Shown here: positions 63,251 to 64,000 of the stretch, one piece after another
Position numbering within the stretch: position 1 is the stretch's first letter
How the letters are laid out: every line of letters begins with the position of its first letter
Assembly: GCF_963921235.1 (NCBI RefSeq)
Contig: NC_086097.1
Location: forward strand, 145,888,001-145,952,000
Origin: Mobula hypostoma
Taxonomy: Eukaryota
Length of the DNA stretch: 64,000 nucleotides
Reading direction: 5' to 3'
Program-made: the position numbers and the translations under genes
Notes under the pieces: model-generated
What the model was told of the DNA's origin: nothing
Database searches by the model: none
Seen by the model: the letters and a program-made list of their open reading frames with translations, nothing else

Positions 63251-64000
63251 AAACATAGAAACATAGAAAATAGGTGCAGGAGTAGGCCATTCAGCCCTTC
63301 AAGCCTGCACCGCCATTCAGTATGATCATGACTGATCATCCAACTCAGAACCCTATACCAGCCTTCCCTCCATACCACCGATCCCTTTAGCCACTTCCTC
63401 TTAAATATAGCCAATGAACTGGCCTCAACTGTTTTCTGTGGCAGAGAATTCCACAGATTCACCACTCTCTGTGTAAAGAAGTTTTTCCTCATCTCGGTCC
63501 TAAAAGGCTTCCCCTTTATCCTCAAACTGTGACCCCTCGTTCTGGACTTCCCCAACATCGGGAACAATCTTCCTGCATCTAGCCTGTCTAATCCCTTTAG
63601 GATTTTATACGTTTCAATAAGATCCCCCCTCAATCTTCTAAATTCCAACGAGTATAAACCTAGTCGATCCAGTCTTTCATCATATGAAAGTCCTGCCATC
63701 CCAGGAATCAATCTGGTGAACCTTCTTTGTACTCCCTCTATGGCAAGAATGTCTTTCCTCAGATTAGGGGACCAAAACTGCACACAATACTCCAGGTGTG
63801 GTCTCACCAAGGCCTTGTACAACTGCAGTAGTACCTCCCTGCTCCTGTACTCGAATCCTCTTGCTATGAATGCCAGCATACCATTCGCCTTTTTCACCAC
63901 CTGCTGTACCTGCATGCCCACTTTCAATGACTGGTGTATAATGACACCCAGGTCTCGTTACACCTCCCCTTTTCCTAATTGGCCACCATTCAGATAATAA
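63251..64000 (-). mobile_element. Young CR1 3' part inserted into the Gypsy pol gene; runs off the window
   Basis: Open frame LYKALVRPHLEYCVQFWSP..RKNFFTQRVVNLWNSLP; (TTTCTATG)n tail. Confidence 0.95.

Noticed and set aside
1..64000. CRISPR arrays, operons or prokaryotic defence systems
   Set aside because: The sequence is vertebrate-type repeat DNA; short tandem units are LINE tails or microsatellites, not repeat-spacer arrays

Overview
Eukaryotic, repeat-dense genomic DNA with no recognisable intact host gene. The repeat complement (CR1 LINEs with SGNH-esterase ORF1, Rex1/Babar-type LINEs, HE1/V-SINEs, Deu-domain SINEs, hammerhead-bearing Penelope-like elements) points to a cartilaginous fish, probably a ray or skate (inference). 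Almost every long ORF is a decayed transposon fragment: CR1, Rex1, RTE, Tx1/L1, two Penelope families, a chromodomain Ty3/Gypsy, two solo LTRs, Tc1 derivatives and a Tigger element, often nested and with readable target-site duplications (TSDs). Highlights: (1) a roughly 2.3 kb fossil intronless ORF at about 54230-56500 (minus) that matches no repeat I recognise and ends in a GIY-YIG-like nuclease motif set; (2) minimal type-I hammerhead ribozymes in two Penelope families, one with an intact core (38230-38271); (3) a Tigger element that looks like a Tigger4/MER2 chimera resembling human elements; (4) a five-level nested insertion at 15.9-25.4 kb; (5) a weak candidate first coding exon near 2721 (minus). 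Family names come from recalled motifs, not database searches. Boundaries without a stated TSD are approximate.
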